Positions 59,230 to 63,330 of a stretch of DNA of 63,330 nucleotides are shown one piece after another. The stretch is from positions 1-63,330 of IMG/VR virus record IMGVR_UViG_3300037851_000912; one strand, 5' to 3'. This stretch comes from a virus. The notes beneath the pieces are model-generated. The model worked only from the letters and a program-made list of their open reading frames with translations, was not told where the DNA came from and ran no database searches. A program made the translations under genes and the position numbers. The first letter of the stretch is position 1. Each line of letters begins with the position of its first letter.

Positions 59230-60600
59230 ATGCGTGTTCTGGCCGTCCCGATGCTGTACACGGACGCGTCGGTCTCGGGTGTCAGCGTGATCGCGAACCT
59301 CGCGGCGTCCGTGACGGCCGCGGCGGAGCTCGAGCTACCGGAGTACTGGGAGATCGTCGTCGCGTCGCGCCCGTCGGGATATGGATCCCAGCAGGTCGAC
59401 TGGTTGAAGCGACCCCGTGTCAGCGTCCAGCCGCTCGGCGACGTGACCGACGTGAACGAGGACCCGCCCGTCAGCTGGGACATGCTGCGCCCGCTCCTGC
59501 CCAGGAAGGGCCGCGTCGTGTTCGACGTCGTGCTGAACAACCGCTACCTGCACAGCGCGACCATCGCGAACACGCTGCAGGTGCCGCCCGGGAAGTGGTA
59601 CCAGACGATCGAGATCCCGGTCGTGACGTGGCTGACCGAGACCGGCCTCGACAAGCGCGAGTGGCAGCTGAACAGCAAGCCCGGGGTGGCGCTCCTGACC
59701 GCGTGCGCCATGACCGGGCCGTTCGTCGTCATGAACCAGGCCGACGCCGACTGGCTGACCGGCGTCCTTGACCGGGAGGCCCTAGTGTACGTTGTGCCGC
59801 CCTGCGCTGACCTGTCGCGCCTGACGCCCGAGAAGCGCCGGCGCGACCGGAGGGTCGTGTTCCACGGCGGCAGCATCGAGGGCCGCCGCCGGCTGAAGGC
59901 GTTGCACGACGCGCTGCCGGCCGAGGCCGATCTGCTCCTGACGAGCCAGCAGACGTTCAGTCCCGGCGCGTTCCCGAGGGCGCGGACGATCAGCAACGTC
60001 GACCACGAGGAGTACCTGCGGCTGCTCCCGCAGGGCGACATCGTGTACGTCGGCTCCGAGTACGAGGGCACCGGGCTCGGCTGGATGGAAGCCATCGCGA
60101 GCGGAATGCTGCCGGTGCTCCTCGACGCCGGCTGGATGGCGGCGCGGCTGCCGGCCGGCTACCCGCTGCAGGCGCGCACGCCCGGCGAGCTGCGAGCGGT
60201 GCTGGCGCGAGCCGTGGCCGAGTACGACGAGCTGTGGGACGAGTGGATGCCGAAAGTGCTCGACGGGCTGGCCGGATTCCAGCCGGCCGCGGTCGCCCAG
60301 CGGATGCACGACACGCTGGCCGAGATCGCCGAGCCGGCAAGGAAGCGGAACTTGGCGGCAGCGCAGAAGTGGTCGCCCGGGTTCGACCTGCTGGCCCGGG
60401 CGGTCGAAGCGGAGGGATGGTCGGTCGTCACGGATGCCAGACCGTTGTGGAAGGCGATGAGCCGGCAGAGCCGCACCGGCCTCGAGCCGTCGTGGTACAG
60501 CCCGGCCGCGCTCCGGTGGATGCTGATGGCGCTCGGCTACGAGGACCGACACGAGCAGAGCGGGCTCGACCTGAGGAGGGAAGATGCCGCCCGAGCATGA
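59230..60600 (+). CDS. GT-B fold (GT4-like) glycosyltransferase
   Basis: YVGSEYEGTGLGWMEAIASGMLPVL is an E-x7-E-type motif. 456 aa. Confidence 0.65.
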   Translation: MRVLAVPMLYTDASVSGVSVIANLAASVTAAAELELPEYWEIVVASRPSGYGSQQVDWLKRPRVSVQPLGDVTDVNEDPPVSWDMLRPLLPRKGRVVFDVVLNNRYLHSATIANTLQVPPGKWYQTIEIPVVTWLTETGLDKREWQLNSKPGVALLTACAMTGPFVVMNQADADWLTGVLDREALVYVVPPCADLSRLTPEKRRRDRRVVFHGGSIEGRRRLKALHDALPAEADLLLTSQQTFSPGAFPRARTISNVDHEEYLRLLPQGDIVYVGSEYEGTGLGWMEAIASGMLPVLLDAGWMAARLPAGYPLQARTPGELRAVLARAVAEYDELWDEWMPKVLDGLAGFQPAAVAQRMHDTLAEIAEPARKRNLAAAQKWSPGFDLLARAVEAEGWSVVTDARPLWKAMSRQSRTGLEPSWYSPAALRWMLMALGYEDRHEQSGLDLRREDAARA

Positions 60601-61354
60601 GCTCCGGATGGTGCACGTCGATGCGATCGTGCCGGACCCGGAGAACCCGCAGACGCAGGACAGCACGACGTTCAGCGACCTCGTCGACTCGATTGCCCAG
60701 GACGGCATGACCGAGGCCGTGACGGTGGTCGACATCGGCGGGGGCAAGTGGATGCTCGTCGCCGGCGAGCACCGCTGGCGAGCCGCGAAGATGGCCGGGC
60801 TCGAGGCCGTGCCGGCCATCGTCATCGCGAAGGGCACGTGGGACGACGACGAGCGAGCGATCCGCATGGTCCGGAGCAACGTCCTGCGGGGCCGGCTCGA
60901 CCCGGCGAAGTTCACGGCGCTGTACGGGCAGCTGGCGAAGCGGTACAGCCCCGACGACCTGCGGCGGATGCTCGGGTTCACGTCCAAGAAGCACGAGATG
61001 GAGCGCCTGGTCGGCAGCATCACCGCGGCGATGCCCGAGCCGATGAAGAAAGAGATGCGCCAGAGGGGCCAGCAGGCGGAGAGCGTGGACGACCTCGGCA
61101 GCGTCGTCCAGAGCCTGTTCGCGAGGCACGGCGCGACCGTGGCCGCCCACTTCGTGCTGTTCGCCTACGGGGGCCGCACGCACCTGATGGTCGAGTGCGA
61201 GCCGGAGACGTTCGCGCAGATCGAGGCATGGGCCGAGCGGGTCGAGCGCACCGGCGGCACGGTCGATGCAGAGCTGGCGAGGATGGTCAGCGAAGTGACC
61301 GCGAACGAGCGCGGCGAGGCGGTGCATTCCGCACGGAATAGGAGCGACCGATGA
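60584..61354 (+). CDS. ParB/Srx-like N-terminal domain protein, paralog 2
   Basis: VHVDAIVPDPENP...WMLVAGEHRWRAAKMAGL. Collinear with 2799..3521 along its whole length. Confidence 0.7.
   Translation: MPPEHELRMVHVDAIVPDPENPQTQDSTTFSDLVDSIAQDGMTEAVTVVDIGGGKWMLVAGEHRWRAAKMAGLEAVPAIVIAKGTWDDDERAIRMVRSNVLRGRLDPAKFTALYGQLAKRYSPDDLRRMLGFTSKKHEMERLVGSITAAMPEPMKKEMRQRGQQAESVDDLGSVVQSLFARHGATVAAHFVLFAYGGRTHLMVECEPETFAQIEAWAERVERTGGTVDAELARMVSEVTANERGEAVHSARNRSDR
61325..61340 (+). repeat. Hairpin element copy 10, inside the 3' end of the ParB-like gene
   Basis: CATTCCGCACGGAATA, 11 nt before ATG 61351. Encodes ..HSARN.. Confidence 0.6.
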
Positions 61355-61764
61355 CCGAGTGGAAGCGCCTCGAGTTCCTGCGGCCGACGATGAACCTCGA
61401 CACGGTGAAGGACGGCCGCGGAGGCATCCTGACGTACGTGCCGCCGGAGCCCGTGGTCGAGTGGAACCTGATCGTCACGAAGGCCGGCAAGGTGCGCGGG
61501 ATGCATTGGCACCCGCACTTCGTCGAGTACCTGCTGTTCGTCGACGGGCACGGCGTCGTCGTCAGCCAGGACCGCGACGACGAGGCCGGCGAGAGCCGCG
61601 AGGTCACGAACGTCAGCAAGGGAGTCTGCACCCGAGCGCCGGTCGGCGTGGCGCACACCGTCCTCGCGATCACCGACCTGACGTTCGTCGCGATCCTGAC
61701 GCGGAAGTGGGACGACAGCGACCCGCCGATCGTGCAGCTCCCGGCCGAGAGGTTCGGGCTGTGA
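61351..61764 (+). CDS. Cupin: sugar 3,4-ketoisomerase / epimerase-like (FdtA/WxcM-C/RmlC class)
   Basis: ATGA overlap. Contains KDGRGGILTYVP...GKVRGMHWHPHFVEYLLFVDGHG. Confidence 0.6.
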   Translation: MTEWKRLEFLRPTMNLDTVKDGRGGILTYVPPEPVVEWNLIVTKAGKVRGMHWHPHFVEYLLFVDGHGVVVSQDRDDEAGESREVTNVSKGVCTRAPVGVAHTVLAITDLTFVAILTRKWDDSDPPIVQLPAERFGL

Positions 61765-62486
61765 AGGTCGCGGTGTTCGGCGCCTCTGGGTGGGTCGGGT
61801 CCCGGGTCGTGCAAGAGCTGGAAGGGTTCAACGACACGCAGGTGGTCGGGGTCACGCGGGACGGCCCGCACATCGAGGGCACCGTCTTCGACGTGGTCGT
61901 GAACGCCGCCTGCCCGAGCCAGCGATGGTCGGCCGAGCAGGACCCGTGGTGGGACTTCCAAGAGAGTGTTCGGAAGACCGAGATGATCCTGACGCGGACC
62001 CGTTGGTCGAGGTTCGTCCAGATCAGCAGCTTGAGCGCCCGGGCCGAGCTCGACACGGTGTACGGGCGGCACCGGCTGGCCGGCGAGGCGCTGGTGCCGC
62101 CCGGCCGCGGGGTCGTCGTCCGGCTGGGCCCGATGTACGGGCCGCGTGGCAAGGGAGCCCTGTTCGACATGATGGCCGACCGGCCCGTGTACGCGACGAG
62201 GGACACGCGCTACGGGTACGTCGACGTCAGCTACGCCGCGGCCCAGGTGATGCGGCAGGTGTTCCTCGACACCGCCGGTGTCGTTGAGATCGGGCCGAAC
62301 GGCTGGGTGGAGCTGGGCGAGATCGCCGACGCGCTGGGGTCGACCTCGCGCTTCGTCGGCCGCCGGGCCGACCAGTACGTGCCGTCCGAGGTCGTGGGCG
62401 AAGATGTCCAGGCAGCGGTGATGTGGAAGGAGTGGTGGCGGCCGAGTGCTCGCGACGTCATCGCATGGGCGAAGGAGAACCGATGA
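61761..62486 (+). CDS. Short SDR-type NAD(P)-dependent sugar reductase/epimerase
   Basis: GTG 61761 with GTGA overlap. VKVAVFGASGWVGSRV is a Rossmann motif. YGRHRLAGE may be YxxxK-like with K replaced by R. Confidence 0.6.
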   Translation: MKVAVFGASGWVGSRVVQELEGFNDTQVVGVTRDGPHIEGTVFDVVVNAACPSQRWSAEQDPWWDFQESVRKTEMILTRTRWSRFVQISSLSARAELDTVYGRHRLAGEALVPPGRGVVVRLGPMYGPRGKGALFDMMADRPVYATRDTRYGYVDVSYAAAQVMRQVFLDTAGVVEIGPNGWVELGEIADALGSTSRFVGRRADQYVPSEVVGEDVQAAVMWKEWWRPSARDVIAWAKENR

Positions 62487-63330
62487 TGCTCAGGCTGAAC
62501 GAACCGAGCCTCGACGCGACGGATGCGCTGGCGGTCTCAGACGTCGTCCGCTCCGGCTGGATCGGGCTGGACGGCACGCAGACGAAGCGGTTCGAGCGAG
62601 ACTTCGCCCGGCGCCACGAGATGCGGCACGGCGTCGCGGTCCAGAGCGGGACGGCAGCCACGCACACGGCCCTGTGGGCGCTGTTCGAGTCGCGGCGGCG
62701 CTCGGGGACGTTCCGTGGCGGGCACGTCGCCGTGGCCGACTTCACGTGCTCCGCGCCCGGGGCGGCGGTCGTCCATGCCGGCGGGACGCCGCACTTCGTC
62801 GATGTCGAGGAATCGACGCTCGGCATGAGCGTCATGGCGCTGGCCGAGCTCGACGGCGACGGCCTCGACGTCGTGCTCGTCGTCCACGTGTACGGGGCGC
62901 CGGCTCGGGACATGGAGCAGATCGTCGCCTGGTGCCGCGAGCACGGCGTGTCCGTCCTCGAGGACTGCTGCGAAGCGCACGGGGCCAAGTACCCGGACGG
63001 GTCCTCGATCGGGACGAGGGGCGACGTCGCCGTGTTCAGCGTCCGGTCGGAGAAGGTGATCGGGGTCGGCGAGGGCGGGGTCGTGGTGACGAACGATCCC
63101 GAGCTCGCCCAGCTGGCCGAGTTCTGGGCGAACCGCGGTAAGCCGAGAGATGGCTGGGTGTGGCGGTTCTACACGAGCGAGCCGGGCTGCAACTACAAGA
63201 TGCCGCATGTGCTGGGCGCCCTCGCGTGGACGCAGCTGGCAAAGATGGACGGGTTCATCGACCGGCGACGCAGGATCGCGGCGATGTACCGCGAGCTGCT
63301 GCCCGAGTTCTGGTGGCAGACGATGCCGCC
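62483..63330 (+). CDS. DegT/DnrJ/EryC1-type PLP sugar aminotransferase, N-terminal part (continues at 128..443)
   Basis: ATGATG at 62483 with ATGA overlap. AVQSGTAATHTAL and VFSVRSEKVIGVGEGGVVVT, which carries the PLP lysine context. The frame is open to the window end. Confidence 0.85.
   Translation, partial: MMLRLNEPSLDATDALAVSDVVRSGWIGLDGTQTKRFERDFARRHEMRHGVAVQSGTAATHTALWALFESRRRSGTFRGGHVAVADFTCSAPGAAVVHAGGTPHFVDVEESTLGMSVMALAELDGDGLDVVLVVHVYGAPARDMEQIVAWCREHGVSVLEDCCEAHGAKYPDGSSIGTRGDVAVFSVRSEKVIGVGEGGVVVTNDPELAQLAEFWANRGKPRDGWVWRFYTSEPGCNYKMPHVLGALAWTQLAKMDGFIDRRRRIAAMYRELLPEFWWQTMP
63204..63330. repeat. Terminal overlap copy 2, identical to 1..127
   Basis: Exact 127-nt identity with the window start. 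Unique genome length is therefore 63,203 bp. Confidence 0.95.

Noticed and set aside
1-63330. Searched by eye for CRISPR arrays, tRNA/tmRNA genes, a reverse transcriptase with TR/VR pair (DGR), inteins or introns, and toxin-antitoxin pairs
   Set aside because: I saw no direct-repeat/spacer arrays, no T-loop GTTCGAATC-type cloverleaf candidates in intergenic gaps, no YxDD polymerase motif and no interrupted conserved genes. A proper tRNAscan or Infernal run is still advisable.

Overview
The window is one complete, circularly closed high-G+C dsDNA phage genome. Bases 1-127 are identical to 63204-63330, so the unique length is 63,203 bp. I call about 90 genes, all on the + strand. Every long minus-strand ORF looks like a high-GC antisense shadow. 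Gene starts show GGAGG-type ribosome-binding sites, many GTG starts and pervasive 4-nt ATGA/GTGA stop-start overlaps. These signals look actinobacterial, but that is an inference.

Gene order on the circle:
- 58.5 kb to 3.5 kb: a sugar-nucleotide and glycosyltransferase island spanning the junction, with a ParB-like paralog near each end.
- 3.5-6.3 kb: small and large (GpA-type) terminase.
- 6.3-9.6 kb: an early-type block of small genes.
- 9.7-16.3 kb: a portal-MuF-ADP-ribosyltransferase fusion, prohead protease/scaffold, decoration protein and major capsid protein.
- 16.3-24.5 kb: an unusual block holding a QueC-like/YhhQ-like pair and two very large proteins, one built from about three dozen basic repeats of roughly 19 aa.
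- 24.5-38 kb: connectors, tail tube, chaperone with a GGGAAAC -1 frameshift, tape measure and two >1000-aa carbohydrate-binding tail proteins.
- 38-39.6 kb: lysis cassette.
- 39.8-58.5 kb: Ku, SSAP-like protein, SbcD/SbcC, HNH-like protein, RusA, canonical ParB, ATP-dependent ligase and many small ORFs.

Three genome-wide sequence networks are visible directly:
- a 16-nt hairpin/palindrome, CATTCCGCACGGAATG, in 10 copies, mostly at module boundaries;
- a promoter family, TTGACG-N17/18-TGTCAACAT-GAAGGTA, in 6 good copies;
- a start-associated motif, (TT)GGAGGCAGAGGC(G), abutting 10 start codons of non-structural genes only.

I found no integrase, replicative polymerase, helicase, primase, tRNA, CRISPR array or reverse transcriptase. 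All family assignments come from motif recognition by eye, not from database searches.
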